NCBI GenBank assembly: GCA_907165135.1
Contig: OU015566.1
Coordinates: 8,432,001-8,496,000 of the forward strand
DNA: 64,000 bases
Direction of reading: 5' to 3'
Source of the DNA: Oikopleura dioica
Lineage: Eukaryota > Animalia > Chordata
Positions 33,258-45,911 of the stretch are shown one piece after another. The notes under the pieces are model-generated. The model saw only the letters and a program-made list of their open reading frames with translations. It made no database searches and was not told the origin of the DNA. Every line of letters starts with the position of its first letter. Position 1 is the first letter of the stretch. The translations under genes were made by a program, and so were the position numbers.

Positions 33258-34205
33258 ATGATAAGCGAACCGGATACTCGATTACTACAGGCTGGCCTTG
33301 AAGTATCAGGTACTAGAACTCATTCGAAAAGACTCGATATTTCTTGTTTGTTTAGCGAAATTCAAAGGGGCTTTCTGCGAAGCCCGCATAAAGAGCGTTG
33401 ATGCCGAATTTCGATTAAAATTGCGAATGGAAGACGGTAAAGTGCTGCAAACGTCAGACAGACACGTGACCGGCGAAGCCAGGCTGGGCGCCAAAGTAGA
33501 ATACAAAGGGCGCAAAGGGGTCGTGCTCAAGTTGAAAGACGTGTCGGTTTATACCGTTGTTTTTGATGATATGGACGAGAAGACTATGAAGCGATCTTCT
33601 TTACGAATCAAAGGTGACTAACTTAACTAAATTGATATATTAAATCCTATGAAAAGGAACGCGACATTTCGACGAGTCAGTGACTCTTGATTCTCTACCA
33701 CTCAATGACCCAGAGCATTTTGGAGACAAAGTGACGAGCAATGAGTTGTTGTCTTCCATGATTTCCGCCAACTCATCATTTATCGAGGACGACGAGAGCA
33801 TCCAAAGTCCGACAGAGAAAGACGCGCGAGAGGAAGATTCTGAATATTCCGCCGAGTCGCACAGCGAGAAAAACGATCAACCCACTATTAACGAGGTATC
33901 TTTCTTTGCTCGTATTAAGTTCTTCTTAAATATTTCTTACTCAGCCTGTTTCGCCTCTTCCTTGGTCAAAGCTATCGCTAGAGCAGCTTTCAAAAATAGA
34001 CTTCGAATCGGAGCACCATCAATTAATGTCCCAATTTGATCAAACAGAATCGTCTGAGGAGCGCATTAATATGCTCGAAATGCACCTTTGCTACTTGGCT
34101 AATCAGCATCATGCAATCAAAACTGAAATTTCAAAGATTGACCGAAAGCAGACAAAGAAAACTGGTCGCGGACGAAAGCGAAATCGGTCGTCCCACAGTC
34201 AATAA
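33258..34205 (+). CDS. ARID4: Miniature ARID4/RBBP1-like protein (N-terminal Tudor plus C-terminal coiled segment only)
   Basis: VSAKFKGAFCEARIK, YTVVFDDMDEKTMKRSSLRIKG, RHFDESVTLDSLPLNDPEHFG; C-terminal EERINMLE...IKTEISKIDRK. Confidence 0.8.
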
Positions 34206-34282
34206 TTTCCATCAAATGCTTTTTGTTTCATTCTTGATTAAATTTTTTAATCAATCTGTCCTGCCATATTCTTACTAAATGT

Positions 34283-34814
34283 AACAGGTTTTTTTTAACG
34301 TTGCACATAATTGGTGGAGCGTTTTTGATGGTGTTAGATTCAAGATATTTCAATTTTCTCTTTTGGACCTTAATTGGGAGGGTCTGTAGTATGTTAAATA
34401 AGCTTTTGGTGTCGGCACCATCACTGGTGGTGGAGTAATCACGACATCCAAAATACACTAAAATCATAGGAAAAAATCTTGATGACGTCATTACTCTAGC
34501 ACCAACCTTGGTGCTGGCACCAAAAACTATCAGGATTATTTCGCATACATGTAGGAAACATCCCTGTATGATAAAAAACATATCTGGTGCTTTTAAGGAC
34601 TTTTCAAATTTTCTCCCACCATTCGCGCTTTGCCGCGAATTCCCAATGAATGACGTCATTACTCCACCACCAGTAATGCTACCGACACAAAAAGCTTATT
34701 TAACATACTACAGACCGTCCCCTACATGCTGCAAAAGAGATAACCAAAATATCTCAACTCTAACCCACTGAAAAGCGCTCCACAAAAATGGTGCAACGTT
34801 AAAAAAAACCTGTT
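34283..34814. mobile_element. MITE-like element, 532 bp
   Basis: 24-bp TIR aacaggttttttttaacgttgcac / gtgcaacgttaaaaaaaacctgtt; subterminal inverted repeats; flanking tgt on both sides may be a TSD (ambiguous). Confidence 0.75.
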
Positions 34815-34855
34815 TGTAATAATTCAAAACGCTTTTATGTTATTTTTCCAAGATC

Positions 34856-35221
34856 ATGCCAAAGAAAATCGATCGGAAAACTTGCTTCGCTTTACGTGAC
34901 CAGTATTACGATTGTATGACTCGCCACACGGCTGAATTATTCGAACTCGACGGTGCTGGAAATCTAAAATGCGGCTATCAAGGAGAAAATTCCGGCAGCA
35001 ATTGTGAAAAGCGCATTTATGAGGAGGCAGAAACGGCGTGCAGCGGATTGAAAGTGAAGATGCAAGAGCCTTGTCTTTCTTCGTGGATTCCCTTTTATAC
35101 AGACAGATTCAAGTACAGACAGAGCGAGCAAAGGCTTCAACTAGCCTCGAAGATCCAAAATGAACAGATGAAAGAGGGAATAAAACCAAAGAACTTGCGC
35201 TTTCCAACTGAGAAAATCTAA
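34856..35221 (+). CDS. COA6: COA6/COX6B-family cytochrome c oxidase assembly factor
   Basis: CX9C (CFALRDQYYDC) and CX10C (CSGLKVKMQEPC) followed by WIPFY. Confidence 0.65.
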   Translation: MPKKIDRKTCFALRDQYYDCMTRHTAELFELDGAGNLKCGYQGENSGSNCEKRIYEEAETACSGLKVKMQEPCLSSWIPFYTDRFKYRQSEQRLQLASKIQNEQMKEGIKPKNLRFPTEKI

Positions 35222-35317
35222 TTCACCTGATCTTACTCGCTGACCTCACTGATATGATGCGTTATTTATGTTATAACAAAAATCATGTTAAAAATTAATT
35301 TCTATTTTAAGAAAATC

Positions 35318-36921
35318 ATGCTTCGAGTTGCTCGGCGATTCGGCATGACCATCAATCGAACGGGTTGCGTGAGAGATGTTCATTTTTAGACTTCCTCTTT
35401 ATACTCCTTACGCTAGCAATTTATTTTATCTACCGCGTCCAATAATATCATGCAATCCTGATCAGACATTATGAGCGTCGGTAAGCAAAGATTTCTGTCT
35501 AGCCAAGTTGCGAAACTTTTGTCTGAATCGAGAAAACACTAGCCATTTTCTTCAGTTGTTTTTGTTCAAATCACCGATGAAATATTCAGTGAAATCACTT
35601 AGCGACAGACTTCAGTTGAAACATGCAGAGAAGGTCATTGCTCCAACCGAGATTCAAGCCTTTCAACTGGAATGGGTAAGTATAGAGCTTATAAGATTGT
35701 GATTGATGTATGTTTCAGTCAAATGCAGAGCTAGAGACAAAGCTGCAGATAATTGAAAGCTTGGACTCGATCCCAGAAGATGCTGGCCGTCGCTTTCTGC
35801 AATTGATGACTCGACAGCCTAATGGAGTGTCGACGCTCATCGCCATTCGTTCAACCCTTCTCAAGGCGAAACTCAATCTCTCCCTGTCTTCTGCCCTCAC
35901 TGATACGATTACGGCGAATCTTGACTCTGGCCTCCAAGTTCAACGTATGACCGCGAACAGCTCCAGAGCTATTCTTAACCTCTTCTCGGTTTGATCTTGC
36001 AAGTGATCCTATAAGAGCTTTTTCTAGAGCTCCGACAGAGTTCATCCGATAGTTTCTGAATGTCGGATGATCCGCCGCCTGGAAAACGCCGATCGCCGGG
36101 TGTTCTACTTGACGCACTTTCAAAATCCCGATCATCCGCTCATTGTCGTGAATGTTGCTCTCACGAACGGAATCGCGAATTCCATTCAAAAAATTATGAA
36201 TGATGATGAAAAGGAGAAAGCTCCCGATTCCGCCATTTTCTATTCCATCTCTTCACTTGAACCTGGATTGCGGTAAATCCCTCTTTGGTCAATTCACATG
36301 CTCAATAGAAATTCTAGAGGGATTGATCTTGGTCATCGACTTATTACATCAGCTACAGCAGAGATGCAAAAAGATGAAACTTTGAAAAGTGTGACTCAAT
36401 TTTCATCTTTATCTCCCGTTCCGGGCTTTCGGCGCTGGATCTTGAAAATGATGGACTCTGATGAATCCTCACTTGGTTTGTCTTACCTTTCAGGCTCCAA
36501 ATCTAAAGATAATTCTAGTTGAAATAATTGGTGCTGAAAACTATTCCGACTTCCGCGAACTCGTCGCTTCACTTGATACCGAACTGTTACCTAAATTCTC
36601 CGACTCGTTGCCTAAACTTCTTTTCAAATATCTATACGCAGACAGAGGCAACGAAAATTCCGCTCTCTGTCCTGTTTGCAATTTTCACGTGCGAAATGGT
36701 GCCGAACTTTGGGTAAGAAAAGATAAAGCCCGAATTTGTCCGCATCTTCTTTCTAGCGACTCAATTTCGGTGCCAATACTGCACTGTATGGAATGGCCGA
36801 GTCACTGTCGATGATGGTCAACTACCGATATTACACTGATAAGATGTGGCAAAATTCCTACGATTACCAAGTTCAAAAAATTATTCCGATTTCTGATGCT
36901 GTTCGAAAGACTTTCTTATAA
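35318..36921 (+). CDS. MLYCD: Malonyl-CoA decarboxylase
   Basis: RRVFYLTH, PLIVVNVALT, AIFYSISS, GIDLG, FSSLSPVPGF, CPVCNFHVRNGAEL, SMMVNYRY. Confidence 0.9.
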
Positions 36922-36973
36922 TAATAAATATATAATATTCATCGAACTGTTCTCATCGTCACCTTTTTAGACG

Positions 36974-38017
36974 ATGGAGAGCCGACCTTTTAGCCATAGT
37001 CAAAGCAACATGGCGACATTAGGTGAGTTCATTGAAGGCTTGCTCATTAAAATTTTAAACCTTTAGGGCATCTTCAGTATACATATGATGCTGGTATTTA
37101 ATCGTTGTATATATTTGTGATTAATATGAAATAGCTTATGAGAGGCTGAAATATCATTTTCGAACTCCCAGAACTTCCTAGCCAGATAAAGACAGTAAAA
37201 GACCTTCTAGTGCTAAAATTAAATTAAGATCAAAATGGAACCCTAATGAATCACCTTGCCGCTCACGGAATGTACACTCAGCGAAATGTTCCGGTAACTT
37301 TCCACTTTCTTGAGCCCTTACTGGTTGACTAATGTTTTACTCAGCAACGTTTCGCCCAGCAGCACCCGATCGTTGCTCAAAATCGCCAGAGTCTGATCAA
37401 GCCTCAGCAGCAGAGATACCCGCCAATGTCATCCACTTCCAGTCTTCGTCCGAGGAAAGGGTTGAAAATCCTCCGATAATAATATTCTTCTCGCAAGTCG
37501 ATTTTCCAACCCATTTACAGACCCGCTGAAAATAGAAAAGATGTCTTTACATGGACAGTCGGTAAGCTTTTTGAGTGCATTATCTAAATTTACATTTATA
37601 TTTTCAGACGAGGTAGTCAATTGGCTTTGTCGAAATTGCTCCAGCGACATTAGCGGTCGATATTCTCAAAGCTTCAGATATCATGGTATATTGCTATTTT
37701 GTTTCTAATTTGCTCCAATATATAAGATATTAATGGCCGAGCACTGATGCGATTAGACGATGAGAAATTAGAAAGACTTGGGGTTGATCATCCAAATCAT
37801 CGCTACGAGCTGCTTAATGAAATCCTAAAGCAGGTAATTGTCTTTTTTTTAATCACGTGACCCCGAAAGCTTTCATCGTTCAACCGTATTTCTTCTTCAG
37901 AAACTGCGTTTCCACGAACAGTATTTTAAAAAAGCATATCACTCAGCCCAGCCGCCCAACGTCAACTCGCGCGTCCCCGTAATGTCCAACTCTGTCTTTG
38001 GTCGGCGTGACTACTGA
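36974..38017 (+). CDS. SAM-domain protein (SAMD10/12, aveugle-like); 5' exons uncertain
   Basis: Spliced WTVDEVVNWLCRNC...YSQSFRYH|DINGRALMRLDDEKLERLGV. Confidence 0.65.
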
Positions 38018-38479
38018 CAAGACGCATGAACTGCCCCGTTCACCTCTACCGCATCGACCATATTCGGAATAAAATACATATTCCGCTCTTTGAACTTTAA
38101 CTCTCCTGTACTTTTTTCCGCTCAAATGTTGAACTATCCCACTGACTATCTTTCTTCACAACTTTTTCTTGAAAACGTATCCATCTTACAACCATTTTAA
38201 CTTCTAAAGTTAATTGTCCATTCCGCTCTTTACTCAATTTTACCTATGAAAAACAGAAATTTAATAAATTATATCGTACATTTTTGTTTATTTTCTTTCT
38301 TAATTTCAGGATATAATTTTCATATTTCGCATGAAATTCAAATTCATTCCATAAAATCTGAAAGCTTAAAATCGTAGAAAGAAGTTTCATCGGAATCAGC
38401 CGTGAACTATGTTATTTATTTAATAGAATATATTAGTTTTTTGGATATTTTTTCATATTCGTATGCTCAGCGTGCCTAA

Positions 38480-40730
38480 TCGCTCGGAATGGGGGGCGAC
38501 ACAAAGGCGGCTCTCGATATTCGGCTTATCCAGCAAAGCCTTTCCGATTCATCCAACGCATCTGGCTGCAATTTTTTTCTTCTTCTTTCGCCCTCCGTCT
38601 CAGCATTTTTCATCCCGCCTGAAAAATCGATAAATAATGAGCAGCCCGGTGATCGAGACCTAATTCCTGGCGTTGATGAACAGCTCACCTGTTCATTCTG
38701 TCATACGTTTTTTCCAAGGCTTTTTCGCAAATACTGACAGCAGAGAAGGTCAGATACACTTCGTCACAGAGAATTAATTAATGAAAAGAACGTCGAAGTC
38801 ATCTGACTGTGATCTGGCAGAAGGTCCTTCAAGACTTCCGATTGGAAGAAGACGCAAGTAAGACACTAATATCTCTTGAGACAAGAATGAACTTTTATAC
38901 TCTAGTTCCTCAAATAGAGGATAGATAGATACATGATTTTCTCTGTTTTCAAAGCCTGTAAAAGGGGTGAAACCAACTTAAATGATTATGCCATCATTAG
39001 CAGATTTCTTATAAGGCGAAAGAATGGACAGATTGATTTAGACAGAGGCTTTTAGCGCAAGTGCTTTTAATCGGATGCGGTTGATTCTGAAGAAATAGGT
39101 TCTCATTCATAGCAATTTTTGATTCTTTGCTCAAGTAGAAAATCACAACACAGTTGCAATCACTGTATGTTCAAATTATATGCTGGAAGATGCTCAAGCG
39201 AGAACATAAATCTTGAGTAGATAGAACACATAATCTCACTTTGTGACTGGCATATGTCAATTTTGATTGCAGTCGATTATAGAAGACCTCTGCCCCTTCA
39301 AAACTTTTAGATAAAAAATGAGAGATCAGATGAAAAGGCAATCCCTCATTTTTGATTATAGAAAGGTTTATTTCTATACCTGAAATTTTAATAAGTGATG
39401 AAAATAAAAACCTTTCTCTTTATAACTCAGTACCCTTACCGCCGCCGTGACAGTAAAATTGTGATTATGAGCTCAACAAAAAAGTAAATATCCTTAAATT
39501 GAAAAATATTCTCTCATGATGTTAGGGAGAGTACCGTAAGAGATACAAGTAACAACCACGCATTATTTGAGGGGAAAAGACACTGAACTTTTATTGCCCG
39601 GATGGAAAGGTCTTGATCCCTTTCAGCACATAAAAGTAAAAATAGATCTCTCTTATTTTTTGACATTATTCATTTTTTTCTCATTTTCGAAATGCAAGAA
39701 GACCATTATCTTGAGAGAAGGGCATAATTTCATTAAGGCTAATTCAAAATGATAACTCTTAATTTACAAGGTGTGCTAGATGCTCGCTAAAGACGCAGAA
39801 ACTGGTGTTGTGTAATATCCAGGTAAGATTTAGCGTAATCACCGGTACTGGATGAGCCGATTTAAGATTTTATTTATTTCAATCGTCACCATCTTGGCAC
39901 AGAAATGGATCAGCAGGCATGATAAATCGCCAGTTATTTACATCACTCTACTACAGGTTAAAACCTCTTCAAAAGAAACAATTTAAAACTTTAAAAGATT
40001 GTGGTAACATATGTGAACAATATCCTCCTTCTTCTGAAGTACTCAAAACGAACAATAGTTTCCGGCTCGTATGGTGTTTACAATCAGGTAAAAATAATTG
40101 ACCAGAGATGGATCGTCAAGTATTTATTATTCAGTCCGAGTCGTTGGTTTCCTGTATGCTCGGGTGGAGTATATTTAACACTTTGATTCACGTCTCAAGT
40201 TTTTCATGGTGGATTTACGAAGAGCTTCAGCCTGACTTCTGCAGTGGTCCCAGCAGCTTTCTCGATTGCTCGCTCATTCCTAACATTTGCATGCCAATCT
40301 TAGCGGGTAACTCACTTTCAAACTTTAAAGTTCAAGTTCTCAAGTTTCATTTCAGTTTCGTCCATTTTATGCATCGTTTGTCTCGTGCGGATGAAAATAC
40401 ATTTCACCAACCTTGCTCGTGTCACTGGCTCAAGTTTGATGGAGATCCAAGCAAGCAGCTCGGTTCGCCAAAGTACAACTCCAAGATCTAACAATGTCAC
40501 CAATTCAAAAATAGATATGGTCGCTCCGGCTGCTCCGAGTAGACACAGTGTCCACGGTAAACAATTTTCATTAGGCTAATTCCTTCAAATCTTCAGTGCC
40601 TAATTACGTCTCCGCAGAAATATCTCCTCCCAGGCCAAAAAGAAACACTCTAATGTCAGCGCCAAATAATCCGTCTTTTGAATACTCTACTTCATCCCCT
40701 CCTGCACGGCCTTCTTCGTCTCTTCAATGA
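38480..40730 (+). CDS. Unresolved micro-exon-rich gene, possibly with PHD/PWWP-like motifs
   Basis: Many short open segments between AT-rich gaps with GT/AG sites; fragments CARCSLKTQKLVLCNIQ and RLVWCLQS|PSRWFPVC. Confidence 0.3.
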
Positions 40731-40997
40731 TTTTTAGCTGTATTATTTCGTAAATAAATATTTACAATACACCATTTTCGAAGCTAATTAAGAGTCGCGG
40801 ATTTTCTCAAAACGCAATAACAAGCAGTTAATAGTTTCAGAATGAGTCTTGGCAGTGCTAAGAGATTTCCCAGAGGATCATCCTGACCATCGATTACGTA
40901 ATGCCCTTCTGAGCTACCACACCTACGTGTTGTTTCCTTTTGTAGTTCTTGAATCGCGTCCAGCAAAGCTTGAATTGAAGAAATTCTGAAATTCACG

Positions 40998-42706
40998 ATG
41001 AGCGACTTTCTCCAAAAGCCAGGTGCAAATTTATCTTTATTCACTCAAACTTATTGAATACAAAGGGTTTAAAATACTGCTACAGGCAGCTACAGCGGGA
41101 GCACTTGGATACTTGGCATATTATTTTATGAAATCAGAAGAGAGTCCCAGAGGAATTTTCAGAAGAAACCCAAGAAGTAGAAGAAAGTTCAAATTGATAA
41201 AGAGAATTGTTTTAAGTCCAGATACAAGATTGTTTAGGTAATTTCTTTTATCGCTATCAAATAAGAATCTTCTCGAATCTTCGAAAAAATAAAATATTCT
41301 TTAGATTTGAAATTCCAGACAACGAAGAGCTCGGAATATCTATAGGAAAGCACGTGAAAGTTCATGCAGTCATCGCTGGCAAAGAAATATCCCGAAACTA
41401 CACTCCAGTGTCGACAGTGAACGAACGAGGGCACTTTGATCTAGTTATTAAAGTCTATTTTCCCAATGATGAGTTTCCTTCCGGCGGACTAATGAGCCAG
41501 CAGATGGATTCACTCAATATTGGCGATGAAATGGATTTCAGTGCTCCGTACGGCACGATCGAATATCGTTCTGATTTGGATCAATTCACTGTTTCCGGTG
41601 GACGAAAATTAACAGGTTTTCTCATTGACTTAGAACTGATCATAACGTGCTTTTACAGGGCTTAAAAATATTGGTTTATTAGCCGTTGGAACTGGAATTA
41701 CTCCAATGTGGCAACTTATTCAAGAAATTTTCAGCAATGAAAGGTGTGGAAATTTATTTTTTGAATATTTTTGCCAAACTTCGTCGAAAATTGAAGCGGC
41801 ATCTCGAGTCTTGTTCGCTTTTCTTCTCTTCTTTTTCTTTTGAAAATTATTGAGAGCATTTTGCATCTACAATTAAATTCCTTCGAGTTTTTCTTCAAGC
41901 TCGGTGATTTTCTTTTTCAAATGTTCGTTTTCTAACTCCAAGACTCTATTCTGAAGTTTTGAAGTTTCTCTTTCAATCAAGATGCTTGTTGAGGTAACAT
42001 AGCTTCGAAGCGATTCGTTCTCTTCGAGTATTGCATCAATACCTCGATCATTTCTCCTAGTCCAAAATGCAGTTCCGAGGGGTCTTAGAATAGATCCTCT
42101 AACTTCTTCATACTGACTGTGTTTATCGGCAACACTTGTTAGAGGACTCTCGCTTTCTTGATAGGTTTCGAATATCTCGTAAACTGATTTTTATGAAAAC
42201 AGGTTCTTCTTATAATTAATGCTACCTGATTTTCGGCCTTCTTTAATCTCAGTCATCGCCACTCTGCGTGCCTCTCTTTGATCTAGCAGATTCTCCATTG
42301 AACTTGTAGTTGAAGGGAAAACTCCGGTAATTCTATAGCAACCTCGATCAAACACGAATTCCAACAATTCCAGACTTTTCCTTTTCATGAAAATATTTTT
42401 AGAATTGGCTCGAGAATTACTCTCCTCTACGGAAATCGCTACGAACACGACATTCTTCTGCGCGATCGTCTCGAGAAGCTTGCAAAAGCTTATCCAACTC
42501 GCTTCAAAGTGATTTTCACACTCTCCAAACCTGACTTTACATGGGACAAAGAAAAGGGCAGAATAGGGAAAGAAATGATCGAGAAATACTTTCCAGCTGA
42601 AAAAATCGACGCTTGTTTTCTCTGTGGCACTATAAGAATGATGGACGATGCAAAAACACATTTAACTTCCATAGGTCACAATTCTAGCAATATCTTCAAG
42701 TACTAA
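40998..42706 (+). CDS. CYB5R: NADH-cytochrome b5 reductase with N-terminal membrane anchor
   Basis: SRNYTPVS, DLVIKVY, GGLMSQ, AVGTGITPMWQ, LLYGN, CGT motifs; intron of about 0.7 kb before the last exon. Confidence 0.9.
41873..42388 (-). CDS. Nested antisense spliced gene with C-terminal coiled coil inside the CYB5R intron
   Basis: MENLLDQREARRVAMTEIKEGRKS|VYEIFETY...LELENEHLKKKITELEEKLEGI*; GT-AG intron joins in frame; start either 42388 or 42298. Confidence 0.6.
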
Positions 42707-42875
42707 AATGCATATCAGATAGATTTTTATAAATTGAAACCATTCACACTACTGTATCTTTATAATACTGTATAATAAAACCCTGCAAGAATCAACTGAC
42801 CATCAAAAACCTTTCATTGAGGATTTTTCTTTATAGAATCCATCGAAATCGAAAGTAATATAAACCAATGATACT

Positions 42876-45430
42876 ATGTCGTATGCAGGTGTGACAAGCC
42901 AAATGTCCGACACACCGACGACAACAGACGATGAAGAAGAAAATGATATCCTAGTCAAGCGCGGAGAACTGTTCAAATGGACCAACTACCTCTCTGGCTG
43001 GCAATGTCGATATGTTATCATCGAGCGAGGCACTCTTGCTTACTACAAATCAGAGTCAGAGATGGACTTCGGCTGCAGAGGGCTTGTTCAACTGGACAAG
43101 ATTGAAATCGTGACGCACGATTTCGACCCGCCTCGATTTGACCTGCTCTTGTCAGACGGAACAAGCTGGTATTTCAGAGCAGAGAGCGAGGAAGAGAAAA
43201 ATTGCTGGTTAGAACTCCTGGAAGATGCCAAGTCAGATGTTCTCTCTGGACGCGTTCATCGAGCAGGATCATTGTCAATTGGCTCGCGAAGTCTTCACTC
43301 GAGCTCGTCGCAGCGCAAAACTGCCGCTTCTGTTGAAAGAAAAATTGAAGAACTCAAAACCTATCGTGAAATTTTAGTGGGTCAAATTGACTCACTTCAA
43401 GGTAAGGAAACGATGCCGAGAGAGGCATTCACCTATCTTGACCCAGAAATGGAATCAAACGTTTGTTTGTTCAAAATCTATTTTTGGGCCAAGCAGATGC
43501 TCGTTCACGGAATGGCCTCGTGGAATTTTTCTTTTGAAATTTAATCTTTTGTCAAAAGAGTACTTCGACGAGATGGGGCAGAGAGACGAGTTGGAAAATG
43601 AAAATAAGGAGTCTCAGACATCTGGAAAAAATATGATCGACTTCAAAGGAGAAGCAATAACTTTCAAAGCAACGACTCTTGGTGTTCTATCGACGCTTCA
43701 ACATTGTTTGGATTTGATGAGTACCGAAACGGAGAGCTGGAAGAGAAAACTGAATAAAGCCACGAAGACAAAGGTTTGTTCTTCTCTAGAAATTGATTCA
43801 TACAAAATTTTTGCCTCACTTTCGACCTCAGTTTGAAAGGAGCGAATCTAATGGTGGTTTCTCGACGGACAGATCCCCTTGAAAACAATCATTTAGGAAA
43901 GTCTGGCAAAGCAGCTCGCCATCGCCTCGCAACCAGATCTTGAAGGCCCTAACCGTCCTATTACAGAAGAAGAATTCTTTGATGCTGTAGAAGAAGTTCT
44001 CGATAAACGAGATCAGCTTGAAAAAGAGCTCAATGAAAACAGGTACAGTTCTCCATATACTATCTCTAGAGTCTGAACCTCAGTTAATCGTATCAGTTGT
44101 TTTTTAAACGTAGGAGGATGGGGCAAAAGATAAGTTTTGCACTGGATGAGGGAGCATACATTTCCCAAGTTGCTAGCGGGTTTTCGCGATTGAAAAATCG
44201 ACGGAAAAAATTGCAAATTTCGAGTATAAACAGAGACGATTCACCTCCTCCAGTTAGTGCTAGAACGTCTTCGTTATTCAACCCTGATAAGGTTGATTTT
44301 GAATACGCCGAAGCATATGAGGAAATTCTAACGGTCCCTTTCTTTCCTTCGAATTGTGAATATGTTGATGAAAATGATCCTTCGAGTTATCGGCCGAAAT
44401 GTATCATTGATATAAATTTGCGGCTGATAAACACTAGGTGAAATTGAAAAGAATACTTTTCGACTTTCTCATGATAAAATTTTAGCCGATTGAAGAGTCA
44501 AGTACGCGCTCCATCAGAACATCATGTGCACTCTGTCGCTTTGGACTTCAAAATCAGGGTAAGTTGTTCTTGCGTGGATGTTATACTCAAACTCTTAGGA
44601 TCATCTTGAAACGACGATAGCTCCCGCTGCAAATGGCGAAAACGGGTCTTGGGAACTATTCTGCGAAGACGGCGAAATGAAGCTTTTCACGCGCGAAGTT
44701 GAACTAGAAGGAGGTGTTTGTGTTGATCCCTTGCGAGCTGTCCACGTCGTCGACAACATCAGCGCTAAAGAAATCTGTACACGATTCTGGGACACCGAAG
44801 TTCGCCTTGAATGGGAGCTCACAATCGAAACTTGCCGCGTCTGCGAGGTTTTATCTGACAGAGACGTCGTTTTGTATCAAACGCACAAACGAGTGTGGCC
44901 CGCTGCCCAGCGAGATGTTTGCTACGTTTCTGGGTTGAGGGAAATCCGACTTGAGAAGATTGCTTACAAGGAGCCCGAGTTGGAGCGATTCGGCGAGCTC
45001 AAGAACTGCTGGCTCGTAATCAACTACTCGGTCGATCATGATGGTGCAAAACTCCAACCTGGGATGGGTAAACTCTATTACTTTATTAGAAAATTCACCT
45101 GTTATGTTCAGTTAGAGCTACTGTTGATGTAGCAATGATCTGCAGAACATATGTTCGCCACGGAGTCACAAATCCTACAAGAAAAGACATTAAAACCTCA
45201 ATTGGTAAGCGAAATTCTGAATATTTCTTCGTTAGAAAGATTCTAGTGTATACAGCTACGATCAATCCAGGTGGTTGGGTGCCAAAGAAAGCCCTTAGAA
45301 CTGTATATAGACGCGAATATCCACGATTTTTGAGAACCTTCACTCAGGTAATCGACTTCATTAAAATTTTACCTAAACCGATTTTTAGTACGTTGCAAAA
45401 AAAGAACAAGATCTCAGCTTGAACCTCTAA
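42876..45430 (+). CDS. CERT1: Ceramide transfer protein (PH, FFAT, START)
   Basis: [16 protein letters not shown] domain, [43 protein letters not shown] and INPGGWVPK. Confidence 0.93.
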
Positions 45431-45911
45431 GGCGGCTTCGAAAAAAGAAACAATCAACTTTCTTCCAAAAAAAAAATTATTTATAATAAATAAGGAACAC
45501 TTCATTCATCAAAAACACTTCAGAATCCATCGCTCTGTTTACTTCACGCTGCTTACTCTCACGGAACATAAACTCGCTCAGACTTTGCTTTTTACTTTTT
45601 GTATTACAAACTGATATTAAAGTCGATTCAAAATTCTACATCAGATCGGAAGTAGTGGTCAAATTTGAAGATCTCATTTTGAAAAGTCTTACCACTTTGA
45701 AACTAATTCTTGCATAGCAGGATACGATTGGCATGAAACTAACTTGTAATTTGAAAAGGAACAGACCTATGCATTTTCTGATCTAAAATAACTCTGATTT
45801 CCTCTGCCGGTTTTGTTTTCTTATGTTGATATTTTCATCTCAGAATATAAACATCCTCTTGCTCAGAAGATTTCTTTGAACTTGATTAGATTCACAACAG
45901 AGATACTGAAG

